From assembly GCA_030524485.1 (NCBI GenBank), contig JAUNGR010000002.1:2820-66819 (forward strand): 64,000 bases of DNA, read 5' to 3'. This DNA is from a bacterium (GTDB lineage: Bacteria > Bacillota > Clostridia > Lachnospirales > Lachnospiraceae). The notes under the pieces are model-generated. The model saw nothing but the letters and a program-made list of their open reading frames with translations. It did no database searches and was not told where the DNA came from. Positions 53,861-64,000 of the stretch are shown here, piece after piece; the first letter of the stretch is position 1; each line of letters opens with the position of its first letter. The position numbers were made by a program, and so were the translations under genes.

Positions 53861-54943
53861 ATGAGTAGAGTGTATAATTTTTCAGCAGGTCCGGCGGTGC
53901 TGCCGGAGGAAGTACTGCAGGAGGCAGCAGCAGAGATGCTGGATTACAAGGGAACAGGGATGTCCGTGATGGAGATGAGCCACCGTTCCAAGCCTTTCGA
54001 GGAAATTATCAACACTGCGGAGGCGGATCTGAGGGAGTTGATGGGGATTCCCGACAACTATAAGGTGCTGTTTTTGCAGGGCGGTGCATCCTTACAGTTT
54101 GCGATGATTCCGATGAACCTGATGAAGAATGGAGTGGCAGACTATATCATCACCGGACAGTGGGCGAAGAAGGCGTATCAGGAGGCGAAGAAGTACGGAA
54201 CGGCAAATGCCATTGCTTCCAGTGCAGACAAGACCTTCTCCTACATTCCGGATTGTTCCGACCTTCCCATTTCCGAGAATGCAGACTATGTATATATCTG
54301 TGAGAACAATACCATCTACGGCACCAAGTTTAAGACTCTGCCGAACACCAAGGGAAAGACTTTGGTAGCGGATGTTTCTTCCTGTTTTTTGTCGGAGCCG
54401 GTGGACGTGAGTCGCTATGGCGTGATTTATGGCGGTGTGCAAAAGAACATAGGACCGGCCGGTGTGGTGATTGTGATCATCCGCGAGGATTTGATTACCG
54501 AGGATGTGCTGGCGGGAACGCCTACCATGATGCAATATAAGACCCATGCGGATGCAAAGTCCCTGTACAACACACCGCCAGCTTATGGCATTTACATCTG
54601 CGGTAAGGTATTTAAGTGGCTGAAAAAGCAGGGCGGTCTTGCTGCAATGAAGGAACGCAACGAGAAGAAGGCAAAGATTTTGTATGATTTCTTGGATGAG
54701 AGCAAACTCTTCAAGGGAACGGTTGTAAAGGAAGACCGCTCTCTGATGAATGTTCCCTTTGTGACTGGCAACGAGGAGCTGGATGCCAAATTTGTGAAGG
54801 AGGCAGCGGCAGCTGGTTTTGTGAACCTGAAGGGACACAGAAGCGTTGGCGGTATGAGAGCAAGCATTTACAATGCGATGCCTCTGGAGGGCGTAGAGAA
54901 ACTGGTTGCTTTTATGAAGAAGTTTGAGGAGGAGAATCAATGA
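53861..54943 (+). CDS. serC: Phosphoserine aminotransferase
   Basis: YNFSAGPAVLPEEVL ... GGVQKNIGPAG. Confidence 0.95.
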   Translation: MSRVYNFSAGPAVLPEEVLQEAAAEMLDYKGTGMSVMEMSHRSKPFEEIINTAEADLRELMGIPDNYKVLFLQGGASLQFAMIPMNLMKNGVADYIITGQWAKKAYQEAKKYGTANAIASSADKTFSYIPDCSDLPISENADYVYICENNTIYGTKFKTLPNTKGKTLVADVSSCFLSEPVDVSRYGVIYGGVQKNIGPAGVVIVIIREDLITEDVLAGTPTMMQYKTHADAKSLYNTPPAYGIYICGKVFKWLKKQGGLAAMKERNEKKAKILYDFLDESKLFKGTVVKEDRSLMNVPFVTGNEELDAKFVKEAAAAGFVNLKGHRSVGGMRASIYNAMPLEGVEKLVAFMKKFEEENQ

Positions 54944-56100
54944 GAGAAATTTTTTGCTTAAACCCGATTTCTAAGTTAGGAACCAATTTGCTGACAGAGG
55001 CCTATACCATCGTCAAGGAGGCAGATAAGGCAGAGGGAATTTTGGTTCGCAGTGCGGCCATGCATGAGATGGAGCTTCCGCAGAGCCTGCTTGCCGTAGC
55101 GAGAGCTGGAGCCGGTGTCAATAACATTCCGCTGGACAAATGTGCGGAGCAGGGAATTGTGGTCTTTAACACGCCGGGAGCCAATGCCAACGGTGTGAAG
55201 GAGCTGGCACTTGCTGGTATGTTATTGGCAGCCAGAGACATTGTAGGTGGCATCGAGTGGTGCAAGAGTGTGAAGGATGACCCAGCGATTGCAAAGACGG
55301 TGGAGAAGGGCAAGAAGGCCTTTGCCGGAAGCGAATTAAAGGGCAAGAAGCTCGGTGTGATTGGTCTGGGAGCCATCGGAGCTGAGGTAGCGAACGCCGC
55401 AGCGGCTCTGGGCATGGAAGTTTATGGCTATGACCCCTATATCTCGGTCAATGCCGCTTGGATGCTCTCTCGAGACGTAAAGCATATCACTTCCGCAGAT
55501 ACCATTTACGGGGAGTGCGATTATATCACCGTACATGTGCCGTTGATGGAAGCAACCAAACATATGATTAATCAGGATACGCTGGCAGAGATGAAAGAGG
55601 GCGTGGTGCTGTTAAACTTTGCGAGAGACCTGCTGGTGGATGACGATGCACTTGCAGCGGCTCTGGAAGAGGGAAAGGTGGCAGCCTATGTGACGGATTT
55701 CCCGAACCCGAAGGTGATGCAGATGAAGAATGTGATTGCCATTCCGCATCTGGGAGCTTCTACGGAGGAGTCGGAGGACAACTGTGCGGTGATGGCAGTG
55801 AGGGAGATGATGGATTATCTGGAGAATGGTAACATCAAAAACTCCGTAAACTATCCGGCCTGTGATATGGGTCCAGTGAAACATACCAGCCGTGTGTGTG
55901 TGCTACACCGCAATGTGCCGAACATGATAGGACAGGTCACAGGAGTTCTGGCAGCTGCCGGAATGAACATCTCCGATATGACCAATAAGAGCCGTGATGC
56001 CTATGCATATACCATGTTGGATTTGGATGAGACCGTGGGAGAGGATGTGGCAGAGAAACTGAGAGCCATTGAAGGGGTTCTGAGGGTGAGAGTCATATGA
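54940..56100 (+). CDS. serA: D-3-phosphoglycerate dehydrogenase
   Basis: ATGA overlap with serC. NAD fold GVIGLGAIG. C-terminal ACT-like domain. Confidence 0.9.
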   Translation: MREIFCLNPISKLGTNLLTEAYTIVKEADKAEGILVRSAAMHEMELPQSLLAVARAGAGVNNIPLDKCAEQGIVVFNTPGANANGVKELALAGMLLAARDIVGGIEWCKSVKDDPAIAKTVEKGKKAFAGSELKGKKLGVIGLGAIGAEVANAAAALGMEVYGYDPYISVNAAWMLSRDVKHITSADTIYGECDYITVHVPLMEATKHMINQDTLAEMKEGVVLLNFARDLLVDDDALAAALEEGKVAAYVTDFPNPKVMQMKNVIAIPHLGASTEESEDNCAVMAVREMMDYLENGNIKNSVNYPACDMGPVKHTSRVCVLHRNVPNMIGQVTGVLAAAGMNISDMTNKSRDAYAYTMLDLDETVGEDVAEKLRAIEGVLRVRVI

Positions 56101-56142
56101 TGCCTGAGGGCATTTAGGGCGTGATTGCCGCGTCATAGTGGG

Positions 56143-56189
56143 TTAAGGCAGTGCTTGCTTGAGTGGCGGCACTGCCTTAATCTATTTTT
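56143..56189 (+). terminator. Terminator after serA
   Basis: TTAAGGCAGTGC ... GCACTGCCTTAA followed by TCTATTTTT. Confidence 0.75.
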
Positions 56190-56259
56190 GGGGATTGGCA
56201 GAAGCCGTAAGATGGTATAAGATAAAAAGAAAAAAAGAAAAAAGAAAGAGAACAAAGCG

Positions 56260-57777
56260 ATGAAATTTAAAAATCCGATTATTCCAGGTTACAGTCCTGA
56301 CCCCAGCATCTGCCGTGTAGGAGATGACTTTTATTTGGTGAATTCTACCTTTGAATTTTTTCCAGGGGTTCCGATTTATCACAGCAAAAATTTAGTCAAT
56401 TGGGAGTTGTTGGGACATGCATTGACGCGAGAGAGTCAGCTCCCTCTGGCAGGCTGCCGTAACTCCGGCGGCATCTATGCCCCGACCATTCGCTTCCACG
56501 AGGGCACATGGTTTATGATTACCACCAATGTGACCGATAAGGGGAATTTCGTGGTGCACACCGAGGACCTTCAAAAAGGATGGTCCGAGCCTCATTGGAT
56601 AGACCAAGGTGGCATAGACCCCTCTCTGTTCTGGGACGAGGATGGAACCTGTTACTACTGTTCCACCGGCACGCTGAATGGCGTGAGAGGTCTGGTGGGT
56701 TTTGTCATCAATCCCTATACCGGAGAGATTTTATCGGAAAAAAAGATTTTGAGCCGAGGCTGCGGGGGACAGTGTGCGGAAGGGCCACATTTGTACAAGC
56801 GAGAGGGTTGGTATTATTTGATGAATGCCGAGGGAGGAACCGAATACGGACATCATGAGGTGGTAGCACGTTCCCGCTCTGTATGGGGGCCTTATGAACC
56901 CTGTCCTATGAATCCCATTTTGAGTCACAGCCAGAGAAAGGGGCATGAGATTCAGGCCACAGGACATGCGGATTTGGTGGAAGATGCCGATGGAAGATGG
57001 TGGGCGGTTTTCCTTGCCATCCGCAATTATAGCCATGCCCTGCTGCACAATCTGGGGAGAGAGACCTTTTTGGCTCCGGTCACTTGGAAAGATGGCTGGC
57101 CGGTGATTGGGGATGACGGCTATGTAGAGCTGGAATACGACTTAGAGTTGCCGACCGGAAGCGTGCAGAAACAGGATTTTTCCCTGTATTTGGACTTCTC
57201 AAAACCGATGGGCAAGAGCAATGTGATGTTCACCCGCAACCCCAAAGAGGAGGATTATATCTGGGACTGTGAGAGCCAAACGTTGCGGCTTAGGGGGCAT
57301 GAAATCAGCATCAACGAGGCAGGGGCTTCTCCTAGTATTTTGAGTTTTCGACAGCCCGATTTTGAGACGAAGGTGACGGCGAAGCTGTTATTGTCTGAGT
57401 TGACAGCAAAGAGGGGCGGCATCTGTGCCTACTACAACAACGATTATCACTATGATATATACGCATCCCGCAGAGAGGATGGGGGCTGTGTGGTAGGTTT
57501 TTACAAGCACATCCATGATATGGGAGTGGTTTTGAAGGAGGAAGAGCTGCCTAAAGATGCCAAGTATCTGGAATTTATGATACAGACAGACCGCAAGGAG
57601 TATCGTTTTTATTATAAGACAGAGAAACAGACAGAGTGGACGCAGATGGGCAGTGGTTTGAATGCCGGACTCTGCACGGAGGGAACTTATGCGATGACCT
57701 TCACCGGAACGCTGTTTGCCATCTTTGCGGAGGACGGAGATGCTGTATTTGCGGATGGTATCCGCATGGAGGTGTAA
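56260..57777 (+). CDS. GH43 beta-xylosidase / alpha-L-arabinofuranosidase
   Basis: NPIIPGYSPDPSICRVGDDFYLVNSTFEFFPGVPIYHSKNLVNW. Confidence 0.9.
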   Translation: MKFKNPIIPGYSPDPSICRVGDDFYLVNSTFEFFPGVPIYHSKNLVNWELLGHALTRESQLPLAGCRNSGGIYAPTIRFHEGTWFMITTNVTDKGNFVVHTEDLQKGWSEPHWIDQGGIDPSLFWDEDGTCYYCSTGTLNGVRGLVGFVINPYTGEILSEKKILSRGCGGQCAEGPHLYKREGWYYLMNAEGGTEYGHHEVVARSRSVWGPYEPCPMNPILSHSQRKGHEIQATGHADLVEDADGRWWAVFLAIRNYSHALLHNLGRETFLAPVTWKDGWPVIGDDGYVELEYDLELPTGSVQKQDFSLYLDFSKPMGKSNVMFTRNPKEEDYIWDCESQTLRLRGHEISINEAGASPSILSFRQPDFETKVTAKLLLSELTAKRGGICAYYNNDYHYDIYASRREDGGCVVGFYKHIHDMGVVLKEEELPKDAKYLEFMIQTDRKEYRFYYKTEKQTEWTQMGSGLNAGLCTEGTYAMTFTGTLFAIFAEDGDAVFADGIRMEV

Positions 57778-57826
57778 AGAAGCAGGAGACGGAAGGCAAA
57801 AAAGAAGCGATGGGGGAAGAGAGCAA

Positions 57827-59767
57827 ATGAGAGATTTGGATTATTTAAAATTGATGGCTAGAGAGTATCCCACAATGGAGTCCGCTGCGAGTGAGATGAT
57901 CAATCTGACCGCTATCTGCGGACTGCCCAAGGGAACCGAGTATTTTTTCAGCGATTTGCATGGAGAATATGAGGCATTTATCCATTTGTTGAGAAGTTCG
58001 TCGGGTGTCATTCGGTCAAAGATTGAGGAAACGTTTGGCAACATCATTCCGGAGGAAGACCAAGTGCAGTTGGCGAATCTGATTTATTATCCAGATAAGG
58101 TTATGAATAAAATGAGGCGGGAGGGAAAGGATAGTTTAGACTGGCAGAGAATCACCCTCTACCGTCTGGTGCAGATTTGCAAGGAGGTTTCTTCCAAGTA
58201 CAGCCGCTCCAAGGTGAGAAAGAAGCTGCCGCAGGAGTTCGGCTATGCGATTGACGAGCTGCTGCATGTGGATTATACGGATGAGAACAAAAAATTGTAC
58301 TACTCGGAGATTATACATGCCATCATAGACAGCGGCATTGCAGGCAAATTTATTGTGGCTTTGTGTGAGTTGATTCAAAATTTGACAATTGACAATCTGC
58401 ACATCATCGGGGATATTTTTGACAGAGGACCGAGAGCGGACATTATTATGGAAGAGCTGATGCACTTTCATGATGTGGATATTCAGTGGGGCAACCATGA
58501 TATTTCTTGGATGGGAGCGGCAACCGGCAATCTGGCCTGCATCTGTAATGTGCTGCGCATTGCCATCAGTTACAATAGTTTTGATGTGCTGGAGGACGGC
58601 TATGGCATCAATCTGCGTCCTCTCTCTATGTTTGCGGCGAATGTGTACCGTAACGATGCCTGCAAACGTTTTATTCCGCATATTTTGGACGAAAATATCT
58701 ACGATATGGTGGACCCCGGATTGGCGGCAAAGATGCACAAGGCGATTGCGGTGATTCAGTTTAAGGTGGAAGGACAGATTATCAGGAGAAATCCCGGCTA
58801 CGAGATGAACGATAGAATTCTGTTGGAAAAGATAGATTATGATAAGGGAACGGTGCGAATTGGGGAGACGGATTACCCAATGTTGGACATGAATTTCCCG
58901 ACCATAGACCCCAAGGATCCATTGAAGCTGACGCAGGAGGAGGAAGAGCTGATTCAGACTTTGGCGATGTCCTTCCAGCACAATAAGCTGCTGCACAAGC
59001 ATGTGAAGTTTTTGTATGCCAATGGAGGTCTCTATAAGTGCTACAACTCCAATCTGCTCTATCACGGCTGCATTCCGATGAAGGAGGATGGCAGCTTTGA
59101 CTCCATGAGCTTCCACGGAAAATCCTATGCCGGAAAGGAACTGATGGATTATATTGAGCAGAGAATCAAGGATGCCTACTTTTTGAGGGAGGGAGATGCG
59201 GAGAAGGAAGATGCCAGAGACTTCATGTGGTATCTCTGGTGTGGTGCCAAGTCCCCCGTGTTTGGAAAGGATAAGATGACGGCTTTTGAGCATTATTTTG
59301 TGGCGGATAAAGCAGTGGGAAAGGAGACTTTCAGTCCTTATTACAAGCTCAGTGTGAAGGAAGAGTACTGCAATAAAATCTTGGAGGAATTTGACCTGCC
59401 TTTGCAGGGGTCTCACATCATCAATGGCCATGTACCAGTCAAAATTAAGGATGGAGAGAGTCCGGTGAAGGCAAACGGCAAGCTGTTTATCATTGATGGT
59501 GGTTTGTCGAAGGCCTACCAGTCCAAGACGGGAATTGCGGGCTATACTCTGATTTACAACTCCAGACACTTGGCTTTGGCAGAGCACAAGCCCTTCCAGA
59601 AAGAGCAGGAAAACACACCAAGAGTGCAAATTGTGGAAAAAATGCAGAATCGCGTGATGGTAGCGGACACGGACAGAGGACGGGAGTTGAAGGAACAGAT
59701 TCGAGATTTGAAGGAATTGGTGGAGGCATACCGCAGCGGTCTTTTGAAGGAGAAGGACGGAAGATAG
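57827..59767 (+). CDS. fbp: Fructose-1,6-bisphosphatase class 3
   Basis: YLKLMAREYPT...EYFFSDLHGEYEAF...IIGDIFDRGP. Confidence 0.93.
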   Translation: MRDLDYLKLMAREYPTMESAASEMINLTAICGLPKGTEYFFSDLHGEYEAFIHLLRSSSGVIRSKIEETFGNIIPEEDQVQLANLIYYPDKVMNKMRREGKDSLDWQRITLYRLVQICKEVSSKYSRSKVRKKLPQEFGYAIDELLHVDYTDENKKLYYSEIIHAIIDSGIAGKFIVALCELIQNLTIDNLHIIGDIFDRGPRADIIMEELMHFHDVDIQWGNHDISWMGAATGNLACICNVLRIAISYNSFDVLEDGYGINLRPLSMFAANVYRNDACKRFIPHILDENIYDMVDPGLAAKMHKAIAVIQFKVEGQIIRRNPGYEMNDRILLEKIDYDKGTVRIGETDYPMLDMNFPTIDPKDPLKLTQEEEELIQTLAMSFQHNKLLHKHVKFLYANGGLYKCYNSNLLYHGCIPMKEDGSFDSMSFHGKSYAGKELMDYIEQRIKDAYFLREGDAEKEDARDFMWYLWCGAKSPVFGKDKMTAFEHYFVADKAVGKETFSPYYKLSVKEEYCNKILEEFDLPLQGSHIINGHVPVKIKDGESPVKANGKLFIIDGGLSKAYQSKTGIAGYTLIYNSRHLALAEHKPFQKEQENTPRVQIVEKMQNRVMVADTDRGRELKEQIRDLKELVEAYRSGLLKEKDGR

Positions 59768-59834
59768 AGAGTGCGATGCCAGATTTTGGATAGAAGAAAA
59801 AGAAAGACAAAAAACGAAGAACAGGGAGGAAAGA

Positions 59835-60332
59835 ATGGACAAACAGGAATTTATGACCTTGCTTGCCGAGACTTTGCGGGGAGAAGTTCCGCCGAATGTG
59901 ATACAGGAGAATTTGCAATATTATAGGCAGTATTTGAGCGAGGAGGAGGCAAAGGGAAGAGACAGTCAGGAAATTCTTAGGGAGTTGGGAGACCCACGGC
60001 TGCTTGCGAAAACCATCATAGATGCCTGCCCAGAGAGTGCAGAAAATCAGGGCATGGAGGGCTATGAGGGTGCTGTGTATGAGGAGAGAAGAAGCACAAG
60101 GGAGTCTACAGAAGGAGGCCAAGCCTACGAGGAACCCAAAGCTTCTTCGCACTGGCACTATATCGATTTGAGCAAGTGGTACTGGAAATTGGCAGGGCTG
60201 CTGTTGGTACTCGCTGTGATTTGGCTGGTGCTTACTGTGGTTGGAGGAATTTCTCTGTTGCTGGTCCGTTTTGCTTGGCCTTTGCTGATTCTTTGGATGA
60301 TCTATGTGTTCATCAAGAGCCGCCGAAAGTAG
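59835..60332 (+). CDS. DUF1700-family membrane protein
   Basis: MDKQEFMTLLAETLRGEVPPNVIQENLQYYRQYL and a C-terminal TM pair. No PadR-type gene upstream. Confidence 0.7.
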   Translation: MDKQEFMTLLAETLRGEVPPNVIQENLQYYRQYLSEEEAKGRDSQEILRELGDPRLLAKTIIDACPESAENQGMEGYEGAVYEERRSTRESTEGGQAYEEPKASSHWHYIDLSKWYWKLAGLLLVLAVIWLVLTVVGGISLLLVRFAWPLLILWMIYVFIKSRRK

Positions 60333-60466
60333 CTCAAAAACAAGTTCAAAAGAAACACAATCTGCCAAAAAGACGAGAATGATAGCATGGGATTTGGGAA
60401 AGATAGCACAAATTTTATGAATTTCTGTAAAAACCTTACGAAATATTAAAGATTCCTTGGAAAAGG

Positions 60467-60495
60467 TTGACAAAAGTACAGGGAAGAAATATAAT
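60467..60495 (+). promoter_or_regulatory. Consensus sigma-A promoter of the NlpC/P60 gene
   Basis: TTGACA, 17 nt, TATAAT. Confidence 0.7.
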
Positions 60496-60551
60496 AAGTG
60501 CGTAATAAAATTAATAACTTTGTAACAATTCGTAAGGAATCGGTAAAGAAG

Positions 60552-61298
60552 ATGGGAGATTGTAAATTGATGATAGATAAAATTTTGAAAATGGCGGGTT
60601 ATTTGTGTCTTTGTGGGCTTTGTGTCTTGGCACAGCCGAAGGAAGCTTGGGCAAACCAGACAGAGGCAGCGGCTATGGAGACTTCAACAGAAATCTTGGT
60701 GAAGATGGACACCGATGGAGTTGAACTTTACAGCGAGAGCCATGTGGATGCAGAAGTGATTACAACCTTGGAGAAAGACAGTATCTATCAGATTGAAATG
60801 ACAACTCCCAGTGGGTGGATTAAGGTGAGCGGCGAGGCCGGCACCGGATACATAAGCAGCGAAGAGTCTGTGACGATGGTGGAGACCACGCAGGAGGAGA
60901 CGGCGGAGGAAGTGGCACAGAAGAAGAGTGTTGCGAAAAGAGAAGAGCTGGTCAATTATGCCTTGCAGTTCTTAGGTGGTCGCTATGTATATGGAGGAAA
61001 GGACCCGCATACCGGTGTGGACTGTTCGGGCTTTACCGGATATGTGCTGCGTCATGGAGCTGGAGTGACTTTGAACCAGTCAGCTGCTTCTCAGGCCTTG
61101 CAGGGACAGGCAGTCAGTGTGGAAGGAATGCGTCCGGGAGATTTGATTTTCTATGCTTCGGGAAGCCGCATTGACCATGTGGCTCTGTACATTGGGGAGG
61201 GAAAGATTGTACATGCCTCCACGGAGAAAACGGGAATCAAGATTTCCGATTGGAATTACAGAACACCGGTGGCCATCCGTAATATGTTAGGTGATTAA
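60552..61298 (+). CDS. Secreted SH3-domain + NlpC/P60 (C40) peptidoglycan endopeptidase
   Basis: Signal peptide. YVYGGKDPHTGVDCSGF (catalytic Cys) and IDHVALYIG. The track start GTG 60498 lies 3 nt after the -10, so it is rejected. ATG 60570 is also possible. Confidence 0.85.
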   Translation: MGDCKLMIDKILKMAGYLCLCGLCVLAQPKEAWANQTEAAAMETSTEILVKMDTDGVELYSESHVDAEVITTLEKDSIYQIEMTTPSGWIKVSGEAGTGYISSEESVTMVETTQEETAEEVAQKKSVAKREELVNYALQFLGGRYVYGGKDPHTGVDCSGFTGYVLRHGAGVTLNQSAASQALQGQAVSVEGMRPGDLIFYASGSRIDHVALYIGEGKIVHASTEKTGIKISDWNYRTPVAIRNMLGD

Positions 61299-61344
61299 GA
61301 AGAGCTAGGGATTGCTTGATAAAAGGGATAAGGATATTACATAG

Positions 61345-61381
61345 AAAAGACCATTCTGGGAAAATAGAATGGTCTTTTTTG
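61345..61381 (+). terminator. Terminator after the NlpC/P60 gene
   Basis: AAAAGACCATTCT ... AGAATGGTCTTTTTT. Confidence 0.8.
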
Positions 61382-61665
61382 TGTGTCTATAAAAAGCAAA
61401 CATGCCAGATAGGGGAGCTATCTGACATGTTCATGAGGGGAGTATAAATAATTAATAAGGGAGCGAAGAAGTGGAAACTTCTCCGCAATGTAATTATAAT
61501 CGCATAGCATGAAAAATGCAAGTGTTTTTTTCTAGTTTTACAAATTTTTTCCAAATTTTTCTTTTTTTGTCAGTTGCCTCCATTTGGGACAGAGGGACAG
61601 GGAAGTGGTTTTTGGCATATGATGGTATAGGGACAAAAATGGAAAAAAGGAGAAAGGAGTCTGGT

Positions 61666-61971
61666 ATGGGAATGTATTTTATCCCTGTTTGGGAGGTGGA
61701 CTATTATTTGGGAAGACCGGAGTTCGTTTTTATTGATGTGAGAAGCTATGCAGAATACAGCTTGGGGCATCTGCTAGGAGCCGGAAATTTTCCTTTGGAA
61801 AGGATAGAGAGCTGGAGAACGGAACGTTTTGGAGAAAAGATTCCTATTTTTTATTGTGAGCGGGGAAGTAAAAGTCTGCGGGCAGCGATGGAAATTTCGG
61901 CTCAGGGGAGAAATGCTGGAAATATCAGTGGCGGAATCTGCTGTTATCAAGGAAGAAACTGGGTAAGATAG
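61666..61971 (+). CDS. Rhodanese-like domain protein
   Basis: AAGGAG 6 nt before the ATG. FIDVRSYAEYSLGHLLGAGNFP and active-site loop YCERGSKS. Confidence 0.75.
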   Translation: MGMYFIPVWEVDYYLGRPEFVFIDVRSYAEYSLGHLLGAGNFPLERIESWRTERFGEKIPIFYCERGSKSLRAAMEISAQGRNAGNISGGICCYQGRNWVR

Positions 61972-62070
61972 CATTGACAGAAGGGGCAGTAAGGCTATAG
62001 AATAAGAAAAACGAACGGATTGCGACTGTTTTGAATACAATAAAATCGGAAAAAGAAAGGATACAATGTG

Positions 62071-62616
62071 ATGAAATACATGTTTGCGTCAGATATTCAT
62101 GGTTCTGCCTACTATTGCAGAAAAATGCTTCAGGTGTTTGAGGAATCCAAAGCGGACCGATTGATTCTTTTGGGAGATATTTTGTATCATGGTCCTCGCA
62201 ATGACCTTCCTAAGGAATATGCCCCTAAGGAAGTGATTGCGATGCTCAATGCCGTAAAACAAAAGATACTTTGTGTGAGAGGAAACTGCGATACGGAAGT
62301 GGACCAGATGGTGCTGGAGTTTCCGCTGCTTGCCGATTATGCGGTGCTTGTGTTGAATGGTTTGACTTTTTATGCGACCCACGGTCATGTTTTCAATGAA
62401 AATGCACTGCCTCCGATTCAGGAGGATGATATTTTGATTCACGGACATACGCACCTGTTGAAGGCCGATAAGGTGGGAAATCATTGGATTTTGAATCCGG
62501 GTTCGGTTTCCATCCCCAAAGGAGGAAATCCGGCAAGCTATGCCATGTTGGAGGAGCAGACTTTTGTGATTTATGACTTTGAGGGCAAGGTGATAAAGAG
62601 TCAGGAATTGAACTAA
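62071..62616 (+). CDS. yfcE: YfcE-family metallophosphoesterase
   Basis: SDIHGS, LGDILYHG, GNCD, HGH motifs. Confidence 0.85.
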   Translation: MKYMFASDIHGSAYYCRKMLQVFEESKADRLILLGDILYHGPRNDLPKEYAPKEVIAMLNAVKQKILCVRGNCDTEVDQMVLEFPLLADYAVLVLNGLTFYATHGHVFNENALPPIQEDDILIHGHTHLLKADKVGNHWILNPGSVSIPKGGNPASYAMLEEQTFVIYDFEGKVIKSQELN

Positions 62617-62664
62617 GTGGCTGCCAAAAGGAAGAGAAAAAGAAAAGGATAAAGGAAATTAAAT

Positions 62665-63828
62665 TTGAAGACATTTGAATTGATTGCGCCCTGTCATTTT
62701 GGACTGGAAGCGGTATTAAAACGAGAAATTTTAGATTTGGGATATGAAATCAGCCAAGTGGAGGACGGTAGAGTCACATTTATCGGTGACGAGGAGGCCA
62801 TCTGTCGGGCAAATATTTTTTTGAGAAGTGCAGAGAGGGTACTGGTGAAGGCGGCGAGCTTTCCGGCAGTTACCTTTGAGGAGTTGTTTGAGAAGACGAA
62901 GGCCATTCCTTGGGAGGAATGGATTCCGGCGGACGGAAAATTTTGGGTAGCCAAGGCTTCCTCGATTAAGAGCAAGCTCTTTAGCCCCTCTGACATTCAG
63001 TCCATCATGAAAAAGGCTATGGTGGAACGCCTAAAGAGCAAGTATGGAATCAGCTGGTTTGCGGAGACTGGCAGCCATTTTCCGCTGCGTGTGTTTCTCT
63101 TTAAGGACCAAGTGACGGTGGGCATCGACACTTCAGGAGATTCTCTTCATAAGAGGGGCTACCGCACCTTGACCAGCAAGGCTCCCATCACAGAGACCTT
63201 GGCGGCAGCCTTGATTCTTCTGACACCTTGGAAGGGAGACCGTATTTTGGTAGACCCCTTCTGCGGCAGCGGTACCTTCCCGATAGAGGCAGCTATGATG
63301 GCAGCGAACATTGCTCCGGGCATGAATCGTTCCTTTTTAGCGGAGGGGTGGAGCAATCGAATCCACCGCAAACAGTGGTACGAGGCGGTCAACGAAGCCA
63401 ATGACCTAGTGAACGATAAGGTGGAGACAGACATTCAGGGCTATGACATCGACGAGGACATTGTGGCGGCGGCGAGAGCAAATGCCAAAGCCGCTGGAGT
63501 CGAGCATCTGATTCATTTTCAGAAGAGGGCCGCAGCCGATTTGAGTCATCCCAAAAAGTACGGTTTTCTCATTACCAATCCTCCCTATGGGGAGCGTATC
63601 GAGGACAAAAAGAATCTTCCAGATCTTTACCGTCAGCTGGGAGAGAGGTATCGAGCCTTGGATTCTTGGTCCATGTATTTGATTACGGCTTATGAGGATG
63701 CCGAGCGCTATCTGGGGAGAAAAGCAGATAAGAATCGAAAAATCTATAACGGAATGATGAAGACGTATTTTTATCAATATTTAGGTCCTAAGCCTCCGGC
63801 GAGAAAGAAGAACGAAATGGAGAAATAA
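62665..63828 (+). CDS. THUMP-domain class I SAM-dependent RNA methyltransferase
   Basis: TTG start. DPFCGSGTFPIEAA and NPPYGERI. Confidence 0.88.
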   Translation: MKTFELIAPCHFGLEAVLKREILDLGYEISQVEDGRVTFIGDEEAICRANIFLRSAERVLVKAASFPAVTFEELFEKTKAIPWEEWIPADGKFWVAKASSIKSKLFSPSDIQSIMKKAMVERLKSKYGISWFAETGSHFPLRVFLFKDQVTVGIDTSGDSLHKRGYRTLTSKAPITETLAAALILLTPWKGDRILVDPFCGSGTFPIEAAMMAANIAPGMNRSFLAEGWSNRIHRKQWYEAVNEANDLVNDKVETDIQGYDIDEDIVAAARANAKAAGVEHLIHFQKRAAADLSHPKKYGFLITNPPYGERIEDKKNLPDLYRQLGERYRALDSWSMYLITAYEDAERYLGRKADKNRKIYNGMMKTYFYQYLGPKPPARKKNEMEK

Positions 63829-63856
63829 GCGATAGGAAATGGAAATTGAGAGATAG

Positions 63857-64000
63857 ATGAAAGAAAAAGTATGGATTTTTATGGCAGGAGTGCTCGTCTT
63901 GCTGTTCTTCCCTTTCTTGGCTTGGCTTGGCGATACGTCGGTTTTGGTGCCTCAACGCTATGAGACCCTGCCTTATTGGGAGGAAATCGTGGAGGTCAGG
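63857..64000 (+). CDS. 5' part of a hypothetical membrane protein (runs off the window)
   Basis: ATG 63857, then an open frame to nt 64000: MKEKVWIFMAGVLVLLFFPFLAW... Confidence 0.35.
   Translation, partial: MKEKVWIFMAGVLVLLFFPFLAWLGDTSVLVPQRYETLPYWEEIVEVR

Noticed and set aside
60498-60551. GTG 60498 as the start of the NlpC/P60 gene (the ORF-track start).
   Set aside because: It lies 3 nt downstream of the consensus -10 (60490-60495), so it would not be on the transcript. The encoded N-terminal extension precedes the signal peptide.

Overview
The window is a chromosomal segment from a spore-forming Clostridia genome, Lachnospiraceae-like by gene content and protein sequence. That taxonomic call is inference from recall only. 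I support about 46 protein-coding genes and find no rRNA, tRNA or CRISPR array.

Housekeeping genes:
- rpoB-rpoC
- secDF-tgt-yajC
- leuB-ilvD-ilvB
- serC-serA
- thrC, fba, type III glutamine synthetase and class 3 FBPase

Accessory and surface content:
- A cell-surface island at 7.9-19.1 kb. It holds a GH25 muramidase with cell-wall-binding repeats, an HTH-LicC-LicA fusion, three acidic cell-wall-binding-repeat paralogs and an AAA/DUF4143 ATPase.
- A MATE pump.
- Two tandem tyrosine recombinases, followed by a TetR-MFP-RND-2xOEP(TolC-like) efflux cluster.
- spoIIR.
- The SCIFF peptide and radical-SAM maturase pair (scfA/scfB).

I cannot show a clear new multi-gene system. The least explained signal is in the non-coding DNA, where several families of short structured repeats recur at fixed positions relative to genes:
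1. Units of 110-135 nt lie directly after stop codons and end in ACTTTCARAGTAA. They share a conserved long-range pairing, UGAAAGUC with GACUUUCA.
2. A 196-bp MITE-like element has perfect 16-bp terminal inverted repeats and an 8-bp target duplication.
3. Two inverted copies of a module (extended -10 promoter, then a hairpin, then a U-tract) bracket the 10.3-kb recombinase/efflux/spoIIR segment.
4. A roughly 31-nt 5'-leader motif precedes three membrane or metal-related genes.

All coordinates were derived by hand from the sequence. All family names come from motif recall, not from searches.
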